Origin: an uncultured Gemmatimonadales bacterium
GTDB lineage: Bacteria; Gemmatimonadota; Gemmatimonadetes; Gemmatimonadales; Gemmatimonadaceae
Assembly: GCA_963851265.1 (NCBI GenBank)
Contig: CAWKNZ010000003.1
Span: forward strand, 64,001-128,000
Reading direction: 5' to 3'
DNA length: 64,000 bases
Part shown: positions 9,713-19,562 of the stretch, piece by piece
How positions within the stretch are numbered: the stretch's first letter is position 1
Layout of the letters: each line of letters starts with the position of its first letter
The notes under the pieces: generated by a model
The model's input: only the letters and a program-made list of their open reading frames with translations
What the model was told of the DNA's origin: nothing
Database searches by the model: none
Position numbers and translations under genes: made by a program

Positions 9713-10399
9713 CTACGCCGCCACGTCGGACGGGGTTTCCCCGGCCGTCGAATCGCCGCCCGCGACGCCGCCACCCGCGGCGCTGCCACCGGCGCCCGCG
9801 CGCGCGTCGGCCGCCGCCCCACTCGCCGTGCGGTCGGACGCAGCGCGCGCGCCCACGGGTACCCGCCGCGCCCGCGTCGCGAGCGCGATCCGCAACACGC
9901 CCGCCGCGATCGTGGCCGCGCCGATCTCCCACCCGACTCGCACCGCACCGGTCGCGACCGCGCCGAACAGGACGGCGGCGAGCGCGACGTGCGCCACGCC
10001 AGCGCCGGCGAGCAGCGCGGGCGCCGGAATCCGGCCGCGGTTGCGGAGCGCGAGCAGCAACTCGGGCACGCCCGTGACGAGCGCCCACGCGGCCACGATG
10101 CCCAGGAGCGCGGCCATCGCGACGTCGGACCACACCAGGGCGACCACGCCGAGCGCCGTCCCGCCGACGCCCGCCACGAGCACGAGGTCGCGCGGGCTCG
10201 CGACGTCGCGCGCGCGCGTGCGGTACCGCGCGGCCGTGAGCAGCGTGAGCAACCCGTCGACGAGCGCGTACAGCGTGAACAACCAGACGAACGTGCCGAC
10301 GGTCAGCTCCGGCCACGTCAGCGTCAGCACTCCAAAACCCAGCGCCGCCGCGCCACGCGCGCCGAGCGCCCACCAGTTGCGTATCAGACGGTCAGCCAT
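9713..10399 (-). CDS. HdeD/DUF308 family membrane protein
   Basis: RNWWALGARGAAALGFGVLTLTWP...LFTLYALVDG...AWALVTG pattern; several TM segments. Confidence 0.8.
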   Translation of the reverse strand: MADRLIRNWWALGARGAAALGFGVLTLTWPELTVGTFVWLFTLYALVDGLLTLLTAARYRTRARDVASPRDLVLVAGVGGTALGVVALVWSDVAMAALLGIVAAWALVTGVPELLLALRNRGRIPAPALLAGAGVAHVALAAVLFGAVATGAVRVGWEIGAATIAAGVLRIALATRARRVPVGARAASDRTASGAAADARAGAGGSAAGGGVAGGDSTAGETPSDVAA

Positions 10400-10536
10400 G
10401 ACGTAAACTCGCGATGTCACCTCGGCAGTCTTGCCGCCGACGCAGTCGGAAGGGCACGATCCCGGCCAGACGACCTCGAACCGCCGTCGCCACACCGTCC
10501 GCGACGCCCGTCCGCGGCCCCACTCCGCCCGCCCAT

Positions 10537-11352
10537 ATGTCTACCCTCACGCCCGGCCCGAGGTCACCGGAGCCGCGACCGCTCGCCGTGGTCACCGGAC
10601 CGACCTCCGGAATCGGACGTGCCTTCGCCGAGCGGCTCGCCGTAGCCGGCCACGACCTGTGGCTCGTCTCGCGCGATGCCGCGCGCCTGCACGCCGTCGC
10701 CGACGAGCTCGGCGCCGCCCACGGTGTCGGGACGCGGGTGCACCCGGCCGACCTCGCGGACGAGGCCGCCGTGCGCGGACTCGCCGCCCGTCTCGCCGCC
10801 GAGCCGCGCATCGACGTGCTCGTCAACAACGCGGGCTACGGGACGCACACCCGCATCGTCGGCCGCGATCCGGACGCCGAGGCGCGCATGCTCGCCGTGC
10901 ACTGCGCCGCGCCGCTCCGACTCGCTCAGGCGGTGCTGCCGGGCATGGTCGCGCGCCGCGCGGGCGCGGTCGTCAACGTCGCGTCGGTGGCCGCGTTCGT
11001 GCCCAACGCGCAGTACGCGACGTACAACGCGACCAAGGCGTTCCTCCAACTGCTGAGCGAGGGCATGGCCGCCGAGGTGGCGGCATCGGGGGTGCGCGTG
11101 CAGGCGCTGTGTCCCGGGTTCACGCGCACCGAGTTTCACGCGCGCATCGGGCGCCGGGGGGCGGCAATGGCCGAACGCGTGCCGCGCGCACTCTGGATGA
11201 CGCCCGAGGCGGTCGTCGACGCGTCGCTACGCGCCCTCGCGCGCGGCGGGCCGGTGACGGTGGTGCCGGGACTCGGCTACCGTACGGCGGTCGCCGTGCT
11301 CCGCCGGCTGCCGCTCCGCGCGCTCGCGTGGGGCGCGCGGCGGAGCGCCTAA
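10537..11352 (+). CDS. SDR family NAD(P)-dependent oxidoreductase
   Basis: VVTGPTSGIG, DVLVNNAG, YNATK (YxxxK), ALCPGFTRTEF. Confidence 0.93.
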   Translation: MSTLTPGPRSPEPRPLAVVTGPTSGIGRAFAERLAVAGHDLWLVSRDAARLHAVADELGAAHGVGTRVHPADLADEAAVRGLAARLAAEPRIDVLVNNAGYGTHTRIVGRDPDAEARMLAVHCAAPLRLAQAVLPGMVARRAGAVVNVASVAAFVPNAQYATYNATKAFLQLLSEGMAAEVAASGVRVQALCPGFTRTEFHARIGRRGAAMAERVPRALWMTPEAVVDASLRALARGGPVTVVPGLGYRTAVAVLRRLPLRALAWGARRSA

Positions 11353-11407
11353 CAGGGTCCGGCGCCGCGCCGTCCGCGGGCCACCACGCCTCACCGCCTT
11401 CATCGCC

Positions 11408-12406
11408 ATGCCGCCCGTCGTTCAGTTCGCCCGTTTCGGCGACCCCGCCGAGGTGCTCGACGTCGTCGACGCGCCGGACCCGGGGCCGCCGGGTCCGGGC
11501 GAGGTCGCCGTCGACTTCGTCGCCTCGCCGCTCAACCCGAGCGACCTGCTCACCGTGCGCGGCGAGTACGGCGTGCGTCCGGAGCTTCCCGCCACCCCGG
11601 GCTACGAGGGCGTGGGCCGCGTCGCCGCACTCGGCGACGGCGTGACGCACCTCGAGGTCGGCGACCTCGTGCTGCTCTGGGGCGCGCGCGGCACCTGGCG
11701 CGCGCGGGCCAGGCTCCAGGCGGCTCGCCTGTTCGCACTTCCGCCGGCCGACCCGCTGCAGCTCGGCATGCTCACGGCCAACCCGCCGACCGCGCTGCTC
11801 CTCCTCGAGGAATTCGTCGCACTCGCGCCCGGCCAGTGGGTGATCCAGAACGCGGCCAACTCGGGCGTCGGCGTTGCGCTGGTCGCGATCGCGCGCGCAC
11901 GCGGCTTCCGCACGCTCAACGTCGTCCGGCGCGAGGCGGCGGGCACGTCGCTTGTGGCGGCCGGCGCCGACGCGGTGCTCGTCGACGGGCCCGACCTCGC
12001 AAAGCGCGTCCGCACCGCACTCGCCGACGCCGGCGCCGCGCCGGACGCGCTCCGCCTCGGAATCGACGCGGTCGGCGGCCACGCGACGGGGCGCCTCGCG
12101 CGCGCGGTGGCGGAAGGCGGGACGGTCGTCAGCTACGGGTCGCTGTCCGGCGAGGCGTGCGTGATCGAGGCGCGCGATACCATCTTCCGCGACGTCTCGC
12201 TCCGCGGCTTCTGGCTCTCGCGTTGGATGACCGCGGCCTCCCCCGCCGAGATGTCGCGCGTGTTCGGCACCGTCGCCGGTCTCGTCGCCGACGGCACCAT
12301 CCGCGTCCCGGTCGAAGCCACGTACCCGCTCGCGCGCGTGCGCGAGGCCGCCGCCCACGCCGCGCGCGAGGGGCGCGACGGCAAGATCCTCCTCGTCGCC
12401 AGCTGA
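11408..12406 (+). CDS. MDR family oxidoreductase (2-enoyl thioester reductase-like)
   Basis: SPLNPSDL, PGYEGVG, TANPPTA, QNAANSGVG, GKILL. Confidence 0.92.
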   Translation: MPPVVQFARFGDPAEVLDVVDAPDPGPPGPGEVAVDFVASPLNPSDLLTVRGEYGVRPELPATPGYEGVGRVAALGDGVTHLEVGDLVLLWGARGTWRARARLQAARLFALPPADPLQLGMLTANPPTALLLLEEFVALAPGQWVIQNAANSGVGVALVAIARARGFRTLNVVRREAAGTSLVAAGADAVLVDGPDLAKRVRTALADAGAAPDALRLGIDAVGGHATGRLARAVAEGGTVVSYGSLSGEACVIEARDTIFRDVSLRGFWLSRWMTAASPAEMSRVFGTVAGLVADGTIRVPVEATYPLARVREAAAHAAREGRDGKILLVAS

Positions 12407-12413
12407 CGCCGCC

Positions 12414-13559
12414 ATGCGATTCCGCGTTCGCCTCCTCGCCGCCGCGCTCGTCGCGGCCGGTACACTCTCGCCGTCCGTGCGCACCCCGCTCGGCGCGCAG
12501 GTCAACCCCGGCTCGGTCTCCGCCCCGACGGGACCGCGGGCCGTCGCGACCGCCGCGGGCGACGTCACGCTGCGCGACTTCCGCTTCGACTCGGGCGGCA
12601 CGCTCCCCGCACTCCGCATGCACTACCGCACGCTCGGCCGCCCGCGCCGCGACGCGGGCGGCGTGGTGCGCAACGCCGTCCTCATCCTCCACGGCACCGG
12701 CGGCGCGGGTACGCAGTTCCTCGGCCCCAACTTCGCGGGCGAGCTGTTCGGCGCCGGGCAGCCGCTCGACACGACGCGCTACTACGTCGTCCTCCCGGAC
12801 GACATCGGCCACGGCCAGTCGAGCAAGCCGAGCGACGGACTGCGCGCGCGCTTCCCGCACTACACCTACGGCGACATGGTCCGCGCCGAGCGCCTGATGC
12901 TCGAGGAGGGGCTCGGCGTTAGGCACCTGCGCCTCATCCTGGGTACGTCGATGGGCTGCATGCACGCGTGGGTGTGGGGCACCACGCAGCCGGGCTACGC
13001 CGACGCGCTCGCGCCCTTCGCCTGCCTCCCGACGCAGATCGCCGGGCGCAACCGGATGTTCCGCCGCATGGCGATGGACGACATCCGCCTCGACCCGGCG
13101 TGGCAGAACGGCGAGTACCGCACGCAGCCGCCGGGGCTCACCGCGGCGCTGCAGATCCTGTTCATCATGGGCAGCGCGCCGCTCGTGCAGCAGGCGCAGG
13201 CGCCCACGCAGCGCGCGGCCGACAGCGTCATCACCGCGTTCCTCGCGGCGCGGCGCGCCGCGACCGACGCCAACGACTTCCTCTACCAGTTCGATTCGTC
13301 GCGCGACTACGACCCCTCGGCGCTACTCGAGCGCGTGCGCGTGCCGGTCCTCGCCATCAACTCCGCCGACGACGAGATCAACCCGCCCGACATCCACGTG
13401 ATGGAGCGCCTCATCCCACGCGTGCCGACCGCGCGCTACGTGCTCATCCCCGCGGGGCCGACCACGCGCGGGCACGGCACACACACGCAGGCGGCCGTGT
13501 GGAAGGGGGAGCTGGCGCGCTTCCTCGACGCGCTGCCGCCCGTCGCGGCGCTCCGGTGA
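12414..13559 (+). CDS. secreted alpha/beta hydrolase (homoserine O-acetyltransferase-like fold)
   Basis: Signal peptide; LILHGTGG, GTSMG nucleophile motif, NSADD, GHGTH. Confidence 0.88.
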   Translation: MRFRVRLLAAALVAAGTLSPSVRTPLGAQVNPGSVSAPTGPRAVATAAGDVTLRDFRFDSGGTLPALRMHYRTLGRPRRDAGGVVRNAVLILHGTGGAGTQFLGPNFAGELFGAGQPLDTTRYYVVLPDDIGHGQSSKPSDGLRARFPHYTYGDMVRAERLMLEEGLGVRHLRLILGTSMGCMHAWVWGTTQPGYADALAPFACLPTQIAGRNRMFRRMAMDDIRLDPAWQNGEYRTQPPGLTAALQILFIMGSAPLVQQAQAPTQRAADSVITAFLAARRAATDANDFLYQFDSSRDYDPSALLERVRVPVLAINSADDEINPPDIHVMERLIPRVPTARYVLIPAGPTTRGHGTHTQAAVWKGELARFLDALPPVAALR

Positions 13560-14365
13560 ACGGGCGCGCCGCGACGCTCGACGCGGTGATCGCGGTCGAC
13601 TGGAGCGGCGCGCTGACCGGCTCCGAACGCAAACTGTGGCTCTGCCAGGTCGAGCGCGGCGCCGTCGTTAGGCTCGCGTCGGGGCGGACGCGCGACGCGC
13701 TCGTCGACGACGTGATCGCGACGGCGCGGCGCATCCCGCACGTGGTCGCGGGCTTCGACTTCGCGTTCTCGTTCCCCGCGTGGTTCTTCGCCGAACGCGG
13801 GCTGCCCGACGCACGCGCCCTCTGGGCACTCGCCGCGCGCGAGGGCGAGGCCTGGCTCCGAGGCCCGGTCACGCCCTTCTGGGGGCGGGGTGGGTCGAAA
13901 CGCCCCGAACTCCCCGCCCACGTGCGCCGCACCGAGCAGGCCGCGGGCGAGCGTGCCGCCCGCCAACCATCCTCGGTGTTCAAGCTCGTCGGCGCGGATC
14001 AGGTGGGCGCCGGCTCGGTGCGCGGAATGCCCGCGTTGGCGCGACTGGCCGCGGCAGGGTTCGCGGTGTGGCCGTTCGACGATCCGCGCGCGGGGCGGCC
14101 GGTCGCGGTCGAGATCTGGCCGCGCCTGCTGTACGCCGCGCCGGTCGTGAAGTCGTCGGCCGACGCGCGGGCGGAGTACCTCGACCGCCACGCGCCGGAC
14201 ATCGCCGACGAGTTCCGGCGCGCGGCCGCGGCGAGCGACGACGCCTTCGACGCGCTCACCGCCGCCCTCGCCATGTGGGACGGCCGCGACGGGCTGGCCG
14301 CCCTGCCCGCCGCGCGCGACGCCGCGGAGCGCCTCGAGGGGCGCATCTGGGGTCCCGCGCCGTAG
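13556..14365 (+). CDS. DUF429-like predicted nuclease (RNase H-like fold)
   Basis: GTGA overlap with the upstream stop; AVDWSGA, GFDFAFSFP, VEIWP, DAFDA, EGRIW. Confidence 0.72.
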   Translation: MNGRAATLDAVIAVDWSGALTGSERKLWLCQVERGAVVRLASGRTRDALVDDVIATARRIPHVVAGFDFAFSFPAWFFAERGLPDARALWALAAREGEAWLRGPVTPFWGRGGSKRPELPAHVRRTEQAAGERAARQPSSVFKLVGADQVGAGSVRGMPALARLAAAGFAVWPFDDPRAGRPVAVEIWPRLLYAAPVVKSSADARAEYLDRHAPDIADEFRRAAAASDDAFDALTAALAMWDGRDGLAALPAARDAAERLEGRIWGPAP

Positions 14366-14397
14366 TAGGGCGCGCCGCGCAGACTACCTTGACCGCC

Positions 14398-15873
14398 ATG
14401 CCCGACCTGCCGCCCCCGCTCGCCGCCGCGTACCGCGGCGACCTCCCCATCGCCGAGTTCCAGCGCTACGGCCGCGAGCTCGTCGACTGGATCGCCGCCT
14501 ACCTCGCCGACCCCGAGCGATACCCCGTCCTGGCCCGCGTCCAGCCCGGCGACGTCGCCGGCGCGCTCCCGGCGTCTCCGCCGGAGCGCGGCGAGTCGCT
14601 CGCCGACATCCTCGCCGACGCCGAGCGCGTGCTCATGCCGGGCGTGACGCACTGGAACCACCCGGGCTTCTTCGCCTATTTCGCCATCTCGAGCAGCGTG
14701 CCCGGCATCCTCGGCGAGCTGCTGGCGGCGGCGCTCAACGTCAACGCGATGCTCTGGACCGCCGCCCCCGCGGCGACGGAGTTGGAGCAGGTCGCGCTCG
14801 ACTGGCTGCGGCAGCTGTTAGGCCTGGGCCCCGGCTGGTTCGGCCTCGTGCACGACACCGCGTCGGTCTCGACGCTCGTCGCGCTCGCCGCCGCGCGCGA
14901 GGCCGACCCGTCGCTCGCGGTGCGCGAGCGCGGCATGGCCGGCCGCGCCGACCTCCCCACCCTCCGCGTGTACTGCTCCGAGCAGGCGCACTCGTCGGTC
15001 GACAAGGCCGCGATCACGTTAGGCATCGGCCACGTCAACGTGGTCAAGGTCCCGGTCGACGACGCGTTCCGCCTGCGCCCCGACCTGCTCGCGGCGGCCA
15101 TGGACGCCGACGCCGCGAGCGGCATGCGCCCGACGGCCGTGGTCGCGACCGCCGGCACCACGGGCACGACGAGCGTCGACCCGGTGCGCGCCATCGCGGA
15201 GGTCTGCCGCGCGCGCGGCGTGTGGCTCCACGTCGACGGCGCGTACGGCGGCCCGGCCGCGATCGTCCCCGAACTGCGCGGGGTGCTCGACGGCGTGGAG
15301 CTCGCCGACTCGCTCGTCGTCAACCCGCACAAGTGGCTGTTCACCCCGCTCGACTGCTCCGTGCTCTACACGCGGCGCCCCGAGGTGCTGACGCGCGCGT
15401 TCTCGCTCGTCCCCGAGTTCCTCGTCACGCGCGTCGGCGCGGGCGACACCTCGCGCGTTGACCTCATGGACTACGGCGTGCAGCTCGGCCGCCGCTTCCG
15501 CGCGCTCAAGCTGTGGATGGTGCTGCGTGCGTTCGGGGCGGAGGGGCTCGCGGAGCGGATCCGCTACCACGTACAGCTCGCGCAAACGTTCGCGGCGTGG
15601 GTGCGCGCCGAACCGGGCTGGGAGGTGAGCGCCCCGCACCCGCTGTCGCTCGTCTGCTTCCGCCACGCGCCGGACGGCGTCGCGCCGGCCGAACAGGACG
15701 CGACCAACGCGCGCATCCTCGCGGCCGTCAACGCGGGCGGCGAGGTGTTCCTCTCGCACACCAAGCTGCGCGGGCGCTACGTGCTACGACTTGCCGTCGG
15801 GAACATCCGCACCGAGGAGCGCCACGTCGCACGCGCGTGGGCGCTCCTGCGTGCCGCCGCGCGCACCGCCTAG
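14398..15873 (+). CDS. PLP-dependent aromatic-L-amino-acid decarboxylase (group II)
   Basis: THWNHPGFFAYF, PAATELE, AHSSVDKA, HVDGAYGG, NPHKW (PLP Lys), RRFRALKLW. Confidence 0.95.
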   Translation: MPDLPPPLAAAYRGDLPIAEFQRYGRELVDWIAAYLADPERYPVLARVQPGDVAGALPASPPERGESLADILADAERVLMPGVTHWNHPGFFAYFAISSSVPGILGELLAAALNVNAMLWTAAPAATELEQVALDWLRQLLGLGPGWFGLVHDTASVSTLVALAAAREADPSLAVRERGMAGRADLPTLRVYCSEQAHSSVDKAAITLGIGHVNVVKVPVDDAFRLRPDLLAAAMDADAASGMRPTAVVATAGTTGTTSVDPVRAIAEVCRARGVWLHVDGAYGGPAAIVPELRGVLDGVELADSLVVNPHKWLFTPLDCSVLYTRRPEVLTRAFSLVPEFLVTRVGAGDTSRVDLMDYGVQLGRRFRALKLWMVLRAFGAEGLAERIRYHVQLAQTFAAWVRAEPGWEVSAPHPLSLVCFRHAPDGVAPAEQDATNARILAAVNAGGEVFLSHTKLRGRYVLRLAVGNIRTEERHVARAWALLRAAARTA

Positions 15874-15904
15874 CCGCGCCCCACGTTCCCGCACCCGCCC
15901 CGCC

Positions 15905-16414
15905 ATGCGCCCCACTCCGGCCGTCGTCGTCGCGGTCGCCGTTGCCCTCGCCGCCACGGCGGCCGGCGTCGCGCTCGCCATCCGCTCCGGCGGCTACGGC
16001 GCGGTCGCGACCTCCACCGGCCGCGTCACGATTCCGGCCGGCTCGCCCCTCGCGCCGGCGGGTAGCTACGCGGCCGTGTACTGCGGGTCGTACGGCAACG
16101 TTGCGACGCAGCAGGGCTACGCGTACACGGTCCGGCTGCCGGCCGGCCGCACGCTCACGCTCACCGATTCGGTCTCCCGCACGCCCGGTCCTCAGGAAGC
16201 CGCCCGCGTCACCCTCGCCCTCGACGGTCCCGACGGCCACTACGCGTGGCCCGCCCCGCGCGGCGGCGCGTCGACCGGCACGGTGGTGCTCACCGGCCCC
16301 GACCTGCTCGTCGCCGACGTCGACGCCCGACTCGTGGGGCCGCGACGGGACACGGTCCCCGTGCGCGCCCATTTCGCGTGTCGGCCGCGCGTGGCGCCGA
16401 AGCCGCGGCGCTGA
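15905..16414 (+). CDS. hypothetical exported protein
   Basis: ATG at 15905, hydrophobic N-terminal segment, two Cys; no family recognised. Confidence 0.6.
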   Translation: MRPTPAVVVAVAVALAATAAGVALAIRSGGYGAVATSTGRVTIPAGSPLAPAGSYAAVYCGSYGNVATQQGYAYTVRLPAGRTLTLTDSVSRTPGPQEAARVTLALDGPDGHYAWPAPRGGASTGTVVLTGPDLLVADVDARLVGPRRDTVPVRAHFACRPRVAPKPRR

Positions 16415-16582
16415 GTACGCCGCGGCCCGTGCTGCGTGGTGCGCGTCGAGGACGGCGTGCACCCCTGGTCGGTGATGTCGCGCTTACGCCGAAGCGGCTC
16501 GCCGCCGGACGACGTACCCGCCCACGACCGCCAGCGGAGCCTGCGGAGTCGAACACCCTGCATTCCCTCCGCCGCGGTAACG

Positions 16583-16878
16583 TAGTGGTCGGCACCGGAG
16601 ATTTGGAGACGTTTCGGCAGTTCTCGATGCCGTCGACCGGGACACGCCACCCGCGTTAGGCCTGCGCCTGGTTTTCGACCACGCGTCAACACGCGGAACG
16701 GCGCTGACCAAGGGATGGCTGCTCCAGCACTCGCGCGTTCACCCGCCCGCGCACCCGCGCCTGCACCCGCGTTCCAGCACGACGTCGACCCGAAGCGGTT
16801 CGTCTGGGCCGAGTCTGCCAACCGAATCCTCGCCGCGGTTGACCGGTATTGCCGGCGACCTTCCGGATCACACCACGA
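16583..16878 (+). mobile_element. degenerate IS630-like remnant
   Basis: Translation HDVDPKRFVWAESANRILAAVDRYCRRPSGSHH resembles IS630 transposase C-termini; ends TAGTGGTCGGCACCGGA and TCCGGATCACACCACGA form an imperfect inverted repeat (12/17). Confidence 0.55.
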
Positions 16879-16962
16879 CGCCGCGTCTCGCATCGCCGTC
16901 GCCACGTCCGGTGCGCCGACGGTGCCCACGCGACGAGTTCGCCCTTGCTGCCGCTCACCCTC

Positions 16963-16993
16963 TTGCACCTCACGCCGCGTGAGGGTCTAGCGT
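16963..16993 (+). promoter_or_regulatory. MerR/TipA-type promoter-operator
   Basis: TTGCAC-19 bp-TAGCGT with the dyad CCTCACG-CCG-CGTGAGG in the spacer, closely resembling the Streptomyces tipA promoter; GTG at 17000 follows the -10 by 6 nt. Confidence 0.8.
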
Positions 16994-16999
16994 GGTTCC

Positions 17000-17676
17000 G
17001 TGGCCACACCGCGTGGCCGGGGGCGGCCGTGGTCGGCCGTCCCGGAGGCCGTCTCAAGGTCGCGGAGCACCGACGTGAACGCATCCGGTACGCAGGATCC
17101 CCCGTGGAAAGTCGGCGAGCTCGCGCGCCGCACGGGGCTCACGGTGCGTGCGCTCCATCACTACGACGCCATCGGCCTGCTCACGCCGTCGCTCCGCACC
17201 GCGGCCGAGCACCGCCTCTATACGCGCCGCCGACGTCGAGCGCCTGCGCGGCGCTCCTCGACCGCTCGGAGGCCCCGAGCGTCGACGCCCTCTGCACCCT
17301 CCTTCAGGAGATGACCACGATGGACCAGCTCAGCCGCCACTTCACCCCCGAGCAGCAGGCCACGCTCACCGATCGCCGCGAGAGCTTCGGCGAGGCGCGC
17401 GCCCGGGAGATTCGCGCCGCGTGGGGCGAGATCCTCCCCGCCGTGCGCGCGGCCATGCAGCGGGGCACCGATCCGACGGCGCCCGAGGTGCTGGTCCTCG
17501 CGCGCCGGTGGCAGGCGCTCGTCGCGGAGCAGACCGGGGGCGACGCGGCCCTCGCGGCGGCGGCCCGCCGCATGTACGAGCAGGACGGCGCGTCTGCCGC
17601 CGCGGCGCTCGGGGACGCGCCGACGCCCGAGATGTTCGCCTATCTCGGGCCCGCCTTCGCGGCAGTCCGCACGTAG
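17000..17676 (+). pseudogene. TipA-like MerR family regulator, frameshifted and internally deleted
   Basis: HTH WKVGELARRTGLTVRALHHYDAIGLL...HRLYT in one frame, AADVERL in a second, and the TipAS-like domain (GTDPTAPEVLVLARRWQ) in a third; the coiled-coil linker is missing. Confidence 0.8.
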
Positions 17677-17724
17677 GTTCCCGGCGTGCGCGGGAAGCAC
17701 CGCGCCACGGACGGCGTACGGCCG

Positions 17725-18459
17725 TCAGGCCGCCAGCCGCTCCAGCCCGCCGCTCTCCGCCACCCCCGCCCCCGCGGCCGCCCACCGCTCGACCATCGCG
17801 TCCACACGCTCCAGCCCCAGCCCCCACGTCGCATCCCGCACGACCACCACCTCGTACCCCCGTGCCAGCAGCCCCTCCACCGCCTGCCGCACGCAGACGT
17901 CGGCCGCGACCCCGCACACCACGAACGCCGGCGCCGCCGCGGCTCCGCGCGCCACGGCCGCGGCCAGCGCCGCCACGAACGCGTCCGCCCCCGGGTTCCC
18001 GTCGAACACCGAGAACTCGCGCTTGTGCACGAACACCGGCTGCCCCGCCGCGGCCGCCTCCGCCGCCGCGCGCGCCTCGCCCTCGGTCGCGTCGCGGCCT
18101 AACACCACCGTCGCCGCCGGGTCGGGCGCGACGCTCGGCAGCAGCTCCGCCCCGCGCCGCTCCGCGGCGTCGGGCGAGAGCCCCATGCAGTGCGGCGGGT
18201 ACGTCCCGCGCGTGGCGTCGGGCGCGACCGCGTCGATCTCCCGGTCGTCGGCGGCGTGCCAGTCGCCGGTGTACACGAGCGCGTCCGCGTGCGCCCTCAG
18301 CCACGCCACCGTCCGCTCGATCGCCGGCAACGCCCGCGTCGCGCCCGCGTCGGCGGCGTCGAACAGGTCGTGCACGTAGAGCCGCCCCCCGGCGTCCGGC
18401 GGGTCCATGAAGTCGCGCTGCACGTCGACCACCCAGCCGATGAGCGGACGCGCGTTCAC
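17725..18459 (-). CDS. cysteine hydrolase (nicotinamidase/isochorismatase family)
   Basis: VVDVQRDF, DWH, YPPHC, HKREFSVF, GVAADVCV; GTGA overlap with the upstream gene. Confidence 0.88.
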   Translation of the reverse strand: MNARPLIGWVVDVQRDFMDPPDAGGRLYVHDLFDAADAGATRALPAIERTVAWLRAHADALVYTGDWHAADDREIDAVAPDATRGTYPPHCMGLSPDAAERRGAELLPSVAPDPAATVVLGRDATEGEARAAAEAAAAGQPVFVHKREFSVFDGNPGADAFVAALAAAVARGAAAAPAFVVCGVAADVCVRQAVEGLLARGYEVVVVRDATWGLGLERVDAMVERWAAAGAGVAESGGLERLAA

Positions 18460-18920
18460 GAACGCGCACCCCCGGCCGCCACGTCCGGCATGGGCACGAC
18501 CGCGATCGTACACCGCGACACGCACACCAGCCGGTCCGCCTCGTCGACGATTCGCACGTCCCACACCTGCGTCGACCGCCCGACGTGCGCCGGGATCGCC
18601 GTGGCCGTCACCACGCCCTCGCGCAAACCCCGGACGTGATTCGCGTTGATCTCCAGTCCGACCGCCGCCTGTCGCGCCTGGTCGATGTGCAGCCACGCCC
18701 CCACGCTCGCCACCGTTTCGGCGAGCGCGACGCTCGCGCCGCCGTGGAGCAGTCCGAACGGCTGGTGCACCCGCGCCTCGACCGGCATCCGTGCCACCAC
18801 GCGCTCGCGCCCGAGCTCGACGAAGGTGATGCCGAGCGTGGCCGCGAGCCCGTATGTGGAGAGGCGCTCGACGACCTCCGACACGATCGCCGCCCGATCG
18901 GGCTGCGCGTCAGCCACCAC
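18456..18920 (-). CDS. hotdog-fold thioesterase (MenI/PaaI family)
   Basis: QPFGLLHGGASVALAET, GLEINANH, HVGRSTQVW. Confidence 0.93.
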   Translation of the reverse strand: MVADAQPDRAAIVSEVVERLSTYGLAATLGITFVELGRERVVARMPVEARVHQPFGLLHGGASVALAETVASVGAWLHIDQARQAAVGLEINANHVRGLREGVVTATAIPAHVGRSTQVWDVRIVDEADRLVCVSRCTIAVVPMPDVAAGGARS

Positions 18921-19428
18921 GCGCCGCCGCGAGCGCGGGGGCCACCACGCGGGCGTGCCACGCCTCGGCGAGCGGCAGCTCGAAGCGCGCGCGCCAGTCG
19001 GCCGCGGTGGTCACGGTCGTGTCGAACACCGGCGTTCCCGGACCGACAGTTCCCGCGGCGACCGCCGCGCGCAGCGCGGCGCGATCCCCGCCCAGCACTC
19101 GCCCGTCCGCGGCGCGCCAGTACACGCGCCCCGCCGTGAGCAACGACGTGCCGAGCGCCGGCTCGATCGCGCGCAGCGAACGGAACAGCCCGTCGATCGA
19201 GCAGCCGCTCGCGCCGGCCGTGGACTGGTCCACCGCGATCGCGAGGAACCGACCGTCGCGCCACTCGCGCCCCGCGCGCAGCGGCGCGCCGTGCGCCGCC
19301 CACCCCGCGAGGAACGCGTCGGCGGCGGCGAGCAGGTCGGCCTCGCTCCCCGCCGCGAGCGGGGCGTCGGCCGCGAACACCCAGAGGCGGGCGTCGTCGG
19401 GAAGCGAGTCGAACGGGACGGCAGGCAT
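18910..19428 (-). CDS. conserved hypothetical protein
   Basis: LPDDARLWVF...WAAHG...ASGCSID motif; overlaps the thioesterase start in operon fashion. Confidence 0.8.
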   Translation of the reverse strand: MPAVPFDSLPDDARLWVFAADAPLAAGSEADLLAAADAFLAGWAAHGAPLRAGREWRDGRFLAIAVDQSTAGASGCSIDGLFRSLRAIEPALGTSLLTAGRVYWRAADGRVLGGDRAALRAAVAAGTVGPGTPVFDTTVTTAADWRARFELPLAEAWHARVVAPALAAARGG

Positions 19429-19562
19429 GGGCGTGCGCGGAGAGCGGTGCAGGAGCTACGGGACACCTCGAACGCGGTCCGGGGTCCAATGGCATCCAAT
19501 GTAGCGTACGCTTCGCGCGGCCCCGACCGGTGCGCGCGAACCCGGCACGTACCTTTCGCCTC

